Shown one piece after another: positions 13,053 through 26,295 of a stretch of 64,000 bases of DNA (position 1 is its first letter; every line of letters begins with the position of its first letter). The position numbers and the translations under genes are program-made. Origin of the DNA: Eledone cirrhosa (taxonomy: Eukaryota). Below the pieces are notes generated by a model. The model was not told the DNA's origin, ran no database searches, and saw nothing but the letters and a program-made list of their open reading frames with translations. The stretch is taken from positions 27,528,001 through 27,592,000 of the forward strand of contig OZ024749.1 in assembly GCA_964016885.1 (NCBI GenBank), given 5' to 3'.

Positions 13053-13646
13053 TAAATGATGGTGAGATAGTATTTTACGGACAGAAGGAAATGAGATTGA
13101 GTTTTGTTCAGTGCAATTCCAAGGACCCTTAACTCCTGATGGACTTACCAGAACACTAGTTATATATATGTCTTGGGTATTTTTAAGATATAGAAGAATC
13201 GAGCCCAATACTACACAAGAGAGAGGAAGATGGGACTCAGTATTGCACTGGAACCTTTTTCTTTATTTCTATACTGTCAACTTTGATAGCTATTCTCTCA
13301 GTTTGGTCTATTGAGGGTAGAACCTCAATCTCCAATGCATTCTCCACATTCATTAACCTCTCATCATAACACTTCCATGTTTCTTTTTAGAATCAGGAAG
13401 CATGAGGCACTGTTATTTTGTACACACATCTCTCCCATGATATCCTGGTTTTCTCTTGTACACTTTATATGCCTAACCCTAACACTGCAGAACATTGACA
13501 ATACCCTGACATTCTGCCTCCCCTCTCACCCAATAAACCTGGTGCCTAGTCTCTCTTCTAGCTACTTAGAATATATAAGCAAGAGACGTTGAGGTTGAAA
13601 GAGTTATACACAAAAAATACCAAGTAAGAAAAATATATATCCATAC

Positions 13647-13751
13647 CTCAAGTTTTGGAGCAATCATTTTACAAGGGCCACACCAAGTTGCATGAAAATC
13701 TATTACAACAAGACGGTCCTTTGAACTTTCCAAAATCTCTTTGTATTGCTC
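13647..13751 (-). CDS. TXN: Thioredoxin, coding exon 2 with active site ([35 protein letters not shown])
   Basis: 105 bp, ttcctgattctag/gtatgg boundaries, canonical WCGPC active site. Confidence 0.97.
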
Positions 13752-15789
13752 CTAGAATCAGGAAGAAAATGGAAAACATTCATTTATGAGAGAAAAATGT
13801 AACTTTAAAGCCCACTGTTAAACACGCAAAAGATAGGCAGGCAAAAAAATTTGGGAGCTGGGTGGTCCCACTATGAGGGAGGTCAGGCCAGTTAGCCATG
13901 CCAAGCCTTATTCCTAAAGGAGTCATGTTAATGGGTGGTACTGATATGAGCCAAGTCTAGCCAGATGGCTGAATGGAAAAATAGAGATTAAATGGGGATG
14001 ATTATGATACATGAAATTTTGTTGAAAAACTGACTTTATATTTTTTGTGGGAAGTAATGACGTTAGGGGTAAAAAAGCATGCAGAGTTTAAATTAGTATG
14101 TATATTAAATGTTTTGCTTCATGTTTCCTGGTTTCCTTGAGTTCAAATTCCACCAAGGTCAACTTTGTCTTTTATCCAGCCCAGAGATGGTGGATTGGAA
14201 AAATTGTTAAAGTATCAGATGGCCTTGCTATATCTATTCCGACTTAAAATCCAAATCTCGCCTCATGCTCCCACAAAAAAAAAAAAAAAGATGCTTCTAG
14301 AAGCAATAGAAATACAATTTTCTTAGTCTGATCTGACAACTAGCTCCTTTTTTCTGCCAGGAGTTGAGACCAAAAGATAGTATCAGCAATGGAAAGACCG
14401 ATAGAAACACAATTTTCTTGGCCCAATCTGAACTGGCTCCTTTCTTCTCTCAGGAGTTGTAACCAAAAGTATCAGCAATGGAAAGACCAATAAAAACATA
14501 ATTTCTAACTATTGATCTTTACTTTTCCATGATCTGCCACGGAAATCTGTGTTTAACTTGGCCTTATGGGAGCATAGCATTCTACCCACGAAGCCAGCTA
14601 ATCAAGCAAGACAAAAAGTACCTAGTTCTGGCAAATTTTAGGGGCAAAAGAAAAAAGTAGGTATATTGCACATCGGAAAATATTTAAACCTGTGCACACA
14701 CTTTACATTTCTAGCATGAATTATCTTCCTTTAACAGTTCATTGGTCAGTGATGCAACTTTATTTTTAACCTCACCCATTCAGCAGGTCAGCTCCAGCTC
14801 ATTGTTAAAATTAACTCATATAGAGACTCACCAGGCCCATTTTCATCCCCACCCTGCTACTGTTGGTACTCATTTCCAGCTCAGAGTATTGGAGCAACAC
14901 AAAATGAAGTGTTTTGCTCAAGAATACAACATAACACCTAGTCCCGGAATCGAAATATTATGATTGTCCCCAACACTATATTAAAAAATTTTCATACAAG
15001 TTTATATAGACCGTAAGATGTGATTACAACATCCAACCGAATGAAGACTCCTCAGCATTGTTTTTTAAAGCTCCAAATCAAGCCTAATCGACCAAATGCT
15101 TACCCAGCCGTTCTTGTTTTAATTTCTTGACATAATATATCCACAGCACTACAACCAATACCCACTCCCCTGTTTAATGACAGCAAGGCATGATTCGAAA
15201 GCGATTTACCTGCTATATTTAGCAGGTTGAGCGACCGCATAACCAAGATTCTTGAACCTTTTACATCATTGACGCCTACATAGAAACTTTAGCCCACCCT
15301 CACCCCATTCGACACTAGGTATGTTCGAAAAAAAAAAAAAATTTTTTCAGTATAAAAATAGACATTAAAGACTAATTATATGTAATGCTTTGTTTTCTCA
15401 TCATCAGTGTACATTCGTTCTCTTATGCTGGCATGGGCTTGGTAGGCTGTGACCAGACGTAGTCAACCAAGACTTGTCACACATGTCATAAAACTTCAAT
15501 CGACTCTGAGCAGTCCCACCTACCACTCTTTGAGAACTCTTGGTAGAGAGAGTGTGTGTGTGTGTGTGTGTTCTCGTTGACATATGACATGATGTATTTG
15601 TATGCACAACAATAGTTTCAAGTAGAAGACAATTCAACCCTCCCGTTCACTAAACCCACCAACACCTAAAGTACGAGATGGAAATACAAATATGACTCGT
15701 GGTTGAAATAAATTGTCTAAATTACGATAGAATATATGTATGTGGCCACTGCCACAGCTTCGATTTTACTAACCTTCCAATCATATATA

Positions 15790-16790
15790 TCTATATATAT
15801 AAAACAGAGGATGTCTGTCTGTATAAATCCCTAAAACTTGCTGCTTATATTTCTTGAGGTGCAATGGGCTAAATTTTTTAAACTTTTTCTGCCCTAGGGC
15901 CCGCATTAGGCGAAAAACCGCATTTTAAAGGCATTTTTGAGGTGTAACTTGAAGATAATCCAGCCAATTTCCTCGAAATTTGCAGCACACATTAGTTAGT
16001 CCCCTCACATTGCTGTGGACAAAAAAAAATTCAAGATTCTATTAATGGTTTCTAGGAAATTTACGAATTAGCACTGGGCATTACATGCCATTTTCATTTT
16101 CAATATAAACGCTACTTAAACATCATAAGTAGCATATAATATTTCGTTAAAAATTTGGTTTATTTGACAGAGGACACAACACTTACTTTTAAGCAGGACC
16201 ATATTTGCCGTGTTATTGACACCGTAAAACTCACGTCTGTGCTACTTCTACTAAGACCCCTTTGTTGCACTTACACCGCAGATTGAACGCCCTGCGCAAG
16301 TACGCTGAACAGCGGTTGCGCTAATTCCGTGGTGACCCCTTTTGTTGCTGTGTAAACGCAGTTCAACCAGTGCTTGTGCTAATTGCACTATGACCCCTTT
16401 CTGCTGCAGCTGCGTTGCCACGCTGATTTCGTCATCTCAATATCCCTACTTAAACCTACATCCCTACTTGGTTTTCACATAATTGACTACGTCGCTCCTT
16501 CAGACTGACGTGTGTTCCCCATCCGTGATGTAATTTGTGAACAGACTTACGACATACATCACCCCACAACATTTACTTACTCCTTTCGCATACAGGATTT
16601 CTGCTATAAGCCCACTGACACTGCTACTACTGGATTTGGCCCGCGGGTGTTCTACGTTTCCAGTAGATGAACAAACATTCCCTGAGAATAAGGGAATTCA
16701 AAAAGTACACAGCTACATTCCTCAATCTTTTCATATGCATGTTGCTATTTCACGTTTCCTACCCTGTGCAACGCCGGGTCCTGCTGCTAG
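15790..16790 (+). mobile_element. Non-autonomous Helitron in TXN intron 1
   Basis: Inserted as A|TC...CTAG|T. 5' end TCTATATATATAAAA...GTCTGTCTGT; 3' subterminal GC hairpin CCCTGTGCAACGCCGGG about 10 nt before CTAG; no TSD. Confidence 0.85.
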
Positions 16791-19195
16791 TATATATCAG
16801 AATCAAATCTCCGAAGCAGAGTTTTAAATTACCAACCTTATAACTATAAGCTTGCTGATACGAATCTATTTCGTTTCGCCACTGAAATGTGTAGTGTAAA
16901 AGTCCACAGGGTCCTCAGTCAGCAAGTGTGGAATTGTTTGCTACACATCTAGCCTAATGGAAAGAGAGAACGCAAATATAAACGCTGCCCAGAGCAGGGC
17001 GAGAACACGTGTTATTTGCATCAAATAACGGCTCTCATGAATTGGGGAATATGCTAGAGAGAGCAGCCCAACCATTCAAATTTATTAGCTCAACAATTTG
17101 GAGCTCGTTAATTATACAAGCATCGGAATTAGAGTATTCCACAGTTCACAGTAATAATAACATTAGCTCAAAGAAGAACAGAGATTTGATTCTGACTTAA
17201 TGTTCTTTCTATTTAATTGCTAACCTGTAGGTGTTGTTTTCCATACAGTAACGGTTAAACTCACATGTAATAATTCTTTACACTCATCTCACTGTGTAAT
17301 ATATTTGTATTCGAGCTCAGTTGAAAATTCTGTTCTTCCTTGAGCTAATATGATTACTGTGAACTGCGGAATAGTCTAATTCCGATGCTTGTGTGTGTGT
17401 GTGTGTATATATATATATAGTTTCCATTTGTTAATATCGTGGAGAGAGAGAGAGAGAGAGAGAGAGACGACATCAAACATCATCATCGTTGTTTTACGCC
17501 TGTATTTTCCATGCTTGCATGGGTTGGACAGGTCAACGGTCCAAGATTAGACCAGATGCCTTTCCCAACACCAATCACTTTACATAGTGTAAAAGGTGTA
17601 TATATTAAAATGGCACCAACCTAATTGCATTAAAGAGATGGCAATACCACCAACAACAGCATAGACACAGTATCTTCATTCACCCACATCTACGCATGCA
17701 TAAAATAAATTCTATCTTATTTTAGGCAAAGCGGGACTTTTCCCAGGCCCTCTAGACACTGGGAGAGAAGAAAGCATTGTCTCTCGAATAAGGGTCGCAC
17801 ATCGGCTGCGAGGGTGTCCGTCAAGGTGCGCGCGACATGCACCGCACGCATCGCGAGAACCACCGCTCGGCAACGGCCCCATCCCTTCACCAGAGTCGAC
17901 TTCGCTAAAGGTACCCCAAGAACCAGGTGGTGGTGTTAAACCAGACAACCGATTCAATCTACAAACCAAGTAGAGGTACAGCATAGAGACGGAACAAGAA
18001 ATTTGATCTTATGCTCTAATGATTCTGTCCGACGAAGATGGTAGTTTAGCACGATGAATCAACAGAATGTTATGTACCAATCGTGTTGATCAGCCATGAC
18101 ACAGCAGACCTTATCATCAAAGGCATTCCAACGGACACCACATTTTTCAGTGTGTCATATACTTCACATATCCTTTACTTTACAGTTCAAAATAGAAATT
18201 TTTCGAATAAGAAAATATATATAGTCCAATTTAGGTTTACTTTGGCTTCTTCACTGGCCTCTAGACGAAAAAAAGTAGTCACTACATCCCATGATTTAGG
18301 TACAAGACTAGAAATTAAATGGGAGGTGTGCGAGCGGGGAGGGGGAAAGGGATTGTTATACTGATTGTTATAACCGGAATTTATGTCGGCACCAGAGGGA
18401 TAACTGTGAAGGTCGATCGTAGAACGTAAAGGGCTGAAAACAAATACCGCAAGGCATTTTCTCCTGCCAACACACCAGGGTATTGAAGAACAGTACAAAT
18501 ATAAAATACAAATACCAGGGTGTGGACAATTTATCGAATAATGGGAGATTTTTCGCTTTAGATGTACAAAACAGAATTCAATAAGGCGAAAGTGAATATT
18601 CACTTTTTGATTTCTTTTTATTTATTATTAATCGAAAGATTTGTAAAAAGAATTTTTTTGAATGAATGAATTATTTGGAATTTTTTTTCTCCTTCACAAC
18701 TGATTGTTTATTTGCCGCCCACCAATAAATTAGATCCAGAAAGCAAATTGGTTACGAGTCCCAGAAAAGAATCGGTTTTCGTTTTGACATTTTTTCTTTT
18801 CACTTTAACTCACTTTATTTTAATTTTAAATACCATTACCGAATAATGATTGCTAGCTTTAGAATAAATAAATAAACAAGACAAATAAGAAGTGGGAAAT
18901 AGTTATTAGTCGCTTGACTGGGTAATTGCACCTGGGAATGCATATATATATATATAGGGCGGTGCCCCAGCATGACCTCAGCCGGATGGCTGGAACAGGT
19001 AAAAGAGTATATATATCGACAGTCGGTTGACAAGATCCCAGACTTCGTTCGCATAATGAGTGGAGTGAAGCTGGTCAAATCGGACCGAGGGAACAATGTT
19101 TCCGTTGGTCTTTCCAATTGCTAATACTATCTGTCGGTCGCAAGGAAAACAGGCACACATATATAATCTACCTATATAAACAGTTAGAAAAACGG

Positions 19196-19234
<39 letters not shown>

Positions 19235-19806
19235 AATGAAAGGTATAGAAAACATTGTAGCAAAAAGCTATATATATAGCATACATACAGATAAGAGACA
19301 AACACTATTCTATGATCTACTACAAGAAATCTTTTCATATAGAGCTTCTTGTGACATTGTGCGTAAATTGTAAGAAAACGCAAAATATTTTGTTCGATTC
19401 ACCGAATTCATTAAATGTAAACATGTTAGAGTTAGTGTTAAGTTACCACGTCAGCTTGTATGTGTGTGTGTATGTATATATATATATATTGATTGATTGA
19501 AATACCTCCCAAACTAAAAGCGGTGTTTAAAAGTACATTGTTGATAAAATTAATATCGATCTAGTTTATATAAATGTATATATTTCAAACACTTATTAAC
19601 TGTTTTAGAGAGACGAGTTATATATATACACACATGCTCCTAGTTTTTATTTGATGGATGCATATAAAGATCTGTTCGTATTTTGTGTGTTGAGGGTTTT
19701 TTTAAACTAAAAGTTGAGGTATATATAAGACATAAGAAATATTAATATAAAAGCGAGATTGTAGTATAATGGGGAGAGAAATATAGAAAAATGGGTAAAA
19801 TCTTAC

Positions 19807-19827
19807 CACAGTTGTGATCTCAATCAT
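19807..19827 (-). CDS. TXN: Thioredoxin, coding exon 1 (MIEITTV)
   Basis: actATG start, 7 codons, then a gtaaga donor in phase 0. Completes a 104-aa thioredoxin; TATA/Inr lies just upstream. Confidence 0.85.
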
Positions 19828-19890
19828 AGTTAGAAGTTTGATACTAAACCGCGCTGTGTTAAATGAAGAGTATATGTGAAAATAATAGAG

Positions 19891-19927
19891 AACTGAAGAA
19901 AGGCGTTGGACAGCGTGGGGTTTTATA
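19891..19927 (-). promoter_or_regulatory. Putative TXN core promoter (TATA box + initiator)
   Basis: The minus strand reads TATAAAA at 19927-19921 and TCAGTT at 19896-19891, about 33 nt apart and about 65 nt upstream of the ATG. Confidence 0.65.
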
Positions 19928-22900
19928 GCGCCCAATAGAGAGTGAGAGAGGTAATTGAAAGAGATAAGCTGAGAGAGGGGGAGAAATAGAATAAAGAAGG
20001 AGGATGGAGATGATGAGCTTAAAAGAGAAAAAGAATGGAAAAGAGTAATGAGCAAGTGAATGAGTAAAAATACTGCGGAAAAGAGAGAGTGAGTGAGGGT
20101 GTGAGAAAAGGTCAAAGTGAGAGGGAAAAAAAAGGATGCGATAGGAGAAGGTAGAGATAGGAGTAGAACGTGAAGGGGATGGATAGAATAACAAGTAAAT
20201 AAACAAAGTGAGGGGGATTGAGAGTGTTTGTGTGTGTAGTAAGAGGGGGAGAAATAAGAGTGAAGGTAGGAGGAAGTTTGTACGGGTGTCCATAATTGAC
20301 AGAATCATAACCAAGGAACGTCTTCTGCATGAAAACTTAACAATAAAGAGGGAAACGCGTGGTAAATTAAGCCAAGGACCTTTAATTAATTAAAATTACA
20401 GTCCATTTTTTATAAATGTCGAATTCCTGTAAGAATGAAAGCTGGGGAGATGCAATTAACTAAATAAAGAATGCGGTGAGGAATGAGTTTGTACAGTAAC
20501 AGCTGAACATATTTCGGTTAGTTTACTATTAAGTTTTCATGCAGCGGGTGTACTTGTCTAATATATTAATTTTTTTTTACAATCATTATTTAAAGTTAAT
20601 TGGACAATATATATATTTAAATATACATACACTTTTTGATGAGTTGTAGTGCACCTGAGCACTGTACACAATATTTCATTCCGCCGAGGTTTACTTTGCC
20701 TTTCATCCTTACGGGGTCGATAAAATAAAGTACCAGTAATGCACTGGTTAATTGCTGGCCTTGTGCCTAAAGTAGAAACAATTATATAATTTAATTGTTT
20801 CTATTTTTAGGTACAAGGCCAGCAATAATCCAGTACATTACTGGTACTTTATTTTATCGACCCCGTAAGGATGAAAGGCAAAGTTAACCTCGGCGGGATT
20901 TGAACTCAGATCATAAAGGGACGTAACTCTATGCTTCAAAGCATGGTGTCCGACTCTCTACCGATACTGCCAAATTTAATGCATTCTCACAAATGTTTGA
21001 TTGGCGGCGAATTGGCAGAATCGTTAGAACATTGGATAGAATGTTTTGCGGTATTCGTTCCTGCTCACTTCACTGCAGTCTGAGTTCAAATCCTTTTGAG
21101 GTCTATAAAAAAAGTACCAGTCCAATACTGGGTCGTTTTCTTTCTAATACACAGAAAAAATTCTCTAAAAAAAATATGATGTATTCAAACCTAGTGAGGT
21201 AGTAGGCTCTACCCGACATTCTAACAACTGTCAAATTCGCCGCTTCGTCTACCTCAAGTCCAAATGGCTAAACGGTAAGTAAGTATATGGGGTTATCTCT
21301 ACAATAGCCCTGGACAACCTCACCAGCTTCTTTTATGTTCTTTTATGTTTTCACGCCACTCAGTAAATACATACAACATATAGAAAGAACAGGCATGGTT
21401 GAAGATTGTGGATTGTCAGAGTCGTTAGGGGCATTGGATTAAAAACGCCCCGGTATCTGTTCTGGCTCACCGCACTTTGAAGTTGAAATCCCACAAAGAT
21501 CAACTTTACTTTCCATTCTTAATGTACCAGTCTAGTACTGGTGGTCAATGCCCCCCCCCCTCTCTTTTTCGTCGTTTGAAGATCTGGTAACCACGGTTAG
21601 AATATGCTTTACTGATGAAATCTCATGAGACAGAAATAACATTCCATATTGTTTAATTAATGTTGATTAATTAAAATATCGGATTTGTCTCCTCTTGCCC
21701 TACATTTTAAAATTTATTTTATCGTGATTAATCAATTAAGTTTCAACTACATCAAGTATGCTGGTAGGGTCACTTTAGTATCTTTTTAAAATAGTTGTTA
21801 CAAACTTTTTATTGTAGCAATTTAGATACATAGATAGGTTTAGAATATTTAGTCAAGCATTCAGAAAAAGAAAGCAGTATTGGAAAAGACTATAAATGCC
21901 ATAAAAGAAAAAGGAGAAAAAGAACAAGGACTATTAGTCAAAAAAAGAAAGAAAGAAAGGGAGGAAGGGAAAAGGTGACAGACTCTGTTTCGGCTGTGCT
22001 CCGCGGACAAAAATGACAAAGGCATTTCCACGGATAATGGCCAGCGACACCCGCTGCAATAGTCACCTCTTATGGATAGCTTGAACCCTTTCACTGTAAT
22101 AAGATGTTAAAAAGACGACGTTAGACGACGTTGATTTGCTAGACATGGCTGATAGATCTTCCTCAAATTATATACACCACACATCAGCTTAAAACGAAAA
22201 AAAAAAAAAAAATCTTCAAATGATCATCTAACTAAACTATAATAAAGTAAGGAGCGCGGGACTGCATATGGTTTATAATTTTTTATCCCATTAGTAAAAT
22301 AAGTTGGATTACTTTGAATAAATAATTAATGAATATTACATAATTTATCTACTAAATTTCGTGGCTGTTGATTAAATATATTTTGTTTATTTAAAGATTC
22401 ACTTCTTTAAAATTTCTGAATTGTCAACACTTCCGGTTGGCCATAGCTTAAATAAACATACTAATTTTCTGTCACTAATTTTCTCCTAATGAGGTTTATA
22501 TATAATATCGTCATTTTTAATGTATCATGGATTACGTTACTGATTAAATAAGACAGTGTAACGCAGTCTTCGTTCAATTTCTATGTATTATATATTGTCA
22601 ATTACGATTTTATTTGATGTATCATATCTACATGTATATATATATATATACCTGCGTATAATATCAATATACACACTACACATGCTAGCAGAAAACCACC
22701 CGAAGGGTGGTTTTTCTGCTAGCACATTTTATAATATCGTTCTAAATCAGGCATGGTCAACCTTTTTCGAGCTACTATTTCTAGCGAATTCAGTGACTAC
22801 GTAGAGGCTCCGTCGTTGACTCATGGTCAATGGAAGAAGTAAGTATTCTGTCAGCCGAACAAGCAAGCAGATATCGATTGATCGATCGATCAAAGATGCT

Positions 22901-23220
22901 GGTGGAGGGGTGGAAGAGGCTCCAAACCGTTGCTCAACCTGCTAGAAAAAGCAGCCAAATCACGTCATCGTTGTCTTATAAAAGGAAGAAACACATTATA
23001 ACGGCGTGGTGTGATCTTTGGATTACCATAAATGGGAGCAAAAGTCGGGATGGTCATGACTGGAATACCTTTGACCTACTGAAACAGGCACCAAGTGTCA
23101 CGATTGAACATGAATTTTTTTTTACTGATCGAAGTAAACAAACATGCGCAAGGATTACCCCCCATCCCACACCCACCCATATCGATCTCAATGAAAGGGG
23201 ATCATAGCGATCGAATTCAC

Positions 23221-23707
23221 GGCATACATCAAAACGGCCGGTCTGAAAAGTGAAACTAATTTTTGACAGTTACGTACACTCACTCATCTGAATAGATTTG
23301 TGTATATATAGTCCTGCATAAACTTCGAGATGACTATAATGCAGACACACGCAATTGTATGGATTTCTTAATATATATATATATATGTGTGGGTGTGTAT
23401 ATGTGTGTATATATATGTGTGTGTGTATGTATATATATATATATATGTGTGTTTGTATATATATATATATGTGTTTGTATATATATATGTATGTGTGTTT
23501 GTATATATATATGTGTTTGTATATATATATGTGTGTATATGTGTACATATACACACATATATATGTTGTACATGTGTATATACATCTATAAGTTTGTGGA
23601 TGTGTGTAAAAAAATATCACGTATTCACAATCCAAATTGAAAATAATGACGTGCGTAATTGTCAAAAATTAGTTTCACTTTTAAGACCGGCCGTTTTGAC
23701 GTATGCC
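23221..23707. mobile_element. MITE with about 55-bp TIRs and 9-bp TSD (Merlin- or Mutator-type)
   Basis: GGCATACATCAAAACGGCCGGTCTGAAAAGTGAAACTAATTTTTGACA versus its inverse ending GTATGCC; flanked by CGAATTCAC at 23212-23220 and 23708-23716. Confidence 0.88.
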
Positions 23708-24084
23708 CGAATTCACAACAAGGAGATGTGTGTTCGAGTACAACCTGATATACGTTTCTTTCATATGCGTTGTTGTTGTTGTTGTTTAGTCTCAGATCAG
23801 TCCAAATCGTCCTATGTTCAAGGCCATTCTGAACGTGACCATCCCGTGTTTGTTTTTCTAACGTTCTGTATCTAGGACTACATTATTTCGTGTATCTTTT
23901 CTTTATTTTTTAAGACAGTGGGGTGTAATGTGAATGAGATTGAACTGCTATTTCTTGTAGATCGTATGCATTACTGTTGTTGTTGCTATTGCTATGGCTA
24001 GTGTTGTTTTGCCTCAGATCAAACCTTGGCAATCAGACATATAATCAAATGCACCCCAGCCGTAGCAAGTATATAGACTGCACT

Positions 24085-24420
24085 CCTGTACATGGGTTTA
24101 ACTACCTTCACAAGCCATTCATCTATTCCTAGCTTCCTGGGTGACTACCACATTACAGAACATGGGCTTCTATCACAGACTTTTTCTCAGTCAATAGATG
24201 ATACTTTAAGGAGCTTAGAATTAGCTAAATACTTCTCCAACATTTGTCTCACTATGAAGATAGCATCAGTAGTGCTTCTCCCAGGCATAAAGCCAAATTA
24301 CAAAATTGCATCTCAAGATTAATTCTATCCCTAATCAACTTTGCTACCACTATTTCACTAAACTTCATAGCTTGATATAATAATTTTATAACTGTAATTA
24401 CTTGCCTCTTGTGTATCCAG
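24085..24420 (-). mobile_element. Degraded RTE RT fragment
   Basis: Homologous to 57840-58150 (DAILxFGFMPGRSTTDAIFIVRQMLEKY). Confidence 0.6.
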
Positions 24421-24916
24421 TTTTAAACTTACCTATAAGTTAAATAAGCTAAAGCTTAGGGCCACACACCCTTGGGGGCCTCATTTTTAAAAACACCATT
24501 CTATTTTATCATTAGTTTTTATACTTTAAAGACTTAGCCATGTGTACTCTTTTTGAAACTATCATATATTAGAGATCATACCGCCCAGCCTGTTTTCCCT
24601 TTTCTCCCTTCTTACCTGTTCTACACCTCAGTGTCCTTTGTTTGTACCTTGGACAACAGTCCTTACTCTTTTCTGTTTTACTATTTCTCTCCTTTCTATA
24701 TTTTTCTTCTTTGGCTAAGCCCTTGCGCACTCTGCATTTGTGTAATTTGCCTAAAGACATAACTTGTCTCTACCTGTTTTGTTATGTCCCTAAGTGCACT
24801 GGAATGAATGGTATTGACCTTAATGCACTGAAACCATAGTGATTTCCAGAGTTTGACCGAGGAGATGGGGTTGTTTGTCCATCTTTCCATTGTCATTGTC
24901 CTGTGCGCTCCCTATT

Positions 24917-24958
<42 letters not shown>

Positions 24959-25080
24959 TCATCATCATCATCATCATATATATATATATGTATGTAAAAG
25001 GTAAACAGAAATAACAACATAATCGGTACAGTATATGGAAGGTATATATTAGGTTAACGCTTGATATAGCAGGAAGAGGG

Positions 25081-25120
25081 TCTTAACGTTTCGGACGCTA
25101 GTCCTTCATCGGAAAAAAGA
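25081..25120 (-). ncRNA. Minimal (Penelope-type) hammerhead-like motif, variant core
   Basis: The minus strand reads TCTTTTTT-CCGATGA-A-GGAC TAGC GTCC-GAAAC-GTT-AAGA, with a palindromic ACGT stem III and a U4C change in the core. Confidence 0.45.
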
Positions 25121-25998
25121 ATGAGAAATAAAATAGATTGAGGGGACGGGCGGGATGGAATTGGAAAAAGTGTCTTTAGATAAAAATAACAGGTCCATTC
25201 ATGTTGACATCTCTTGCAAATATATACAACATAGATAACAATCAAATTTTTGTTTAATGCATTTAATTGCTAATGATCGTTTCTTCCAGTCATAGGTCTG
25301 GAATCATCGCAGCATATACAATGTTAAAACAAATAAATTCCTAATCCCAAATTGATTCTCAAATGTTTAGAAAAGAATAATGGAAGAATTGTGTCATTTG
25401 ATGAAAACATTATGTATACAGGGCTGATACTGCACTGTGTGTGTGTGTGTGTGGTGGTGGTGGTGGTGGTGGTGGTGTGTGTGTGTGGGGGGGGGGACCA
25501 GATGTCAATGTCTGGCTATGTGTGAGAAACAATTGATCAGCATTAAAAAATTGTTACAATGCTACTCCTATCACGCTGAATCCGGAGATAAAAGCACCAA
25601 TCACCAACCAGCAGAAAATCTTATCTTCCTTTAAGGTACGAAACTTTAGAGTTGTCACAATCAACACTGACTCTCTTGATCTTCTCATACTATCTCTCAT
25701 GACACTCTTTCTCTCTCTTCTCACACACACTATACCTCTCTCTCTTCTAATATTATCTCTCATGACACTCTTTCTCTCTCACAATCTCCCTCTTCCAGAC
25801 ACACTGTCTCTTTCCCTATCTCCCTTTATCTCTCTCTCCCTATCTTCCTCTTTTTCTCGCCCCCCCCCTCTCTCTCACACACATATACAAAATGTCTTAC
25901 AACTATGAATTGCAGATTTGATTTCTAGATATGTGAGAAGGTAGGTGGTTATGTAGAGTAGCTGGGTGTGTTTGTGGGTGCATGTGTTAGGTGGGTGG

Positions 25999-25999
<1 letters not shown>

Positions 26000-26029
<30 letters not shown>

Positions 26030-26259
26030 TGTTAGTATGTATGTATGTATGTATGTATCTATGGATGTATGTATCTATGTATATATGTATGTATGTATCT
26101 ATGTATGAATATGTATATTATTATTGTTGTTGTCGTTATTATTATTATTGCTATTATTATTATTATTATTATTGTTATTAATGTATGTGTGTGTGTATAC
26201 GTGTGTGTGTATGTGTATGTATGTATATATGTATGTATGTATATATATATATATATTTT

Positions 26260-26295
<36 letters not shown>

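Noticed and set aside
21195-21206. TGAGGTAGTAGG, identical to the first 12 nt of let-7
   Set aside because: The match stops at 12 nt, the following sequence is a degraded SINE head, and there is no let-7 precursor hairpin with a star arm.
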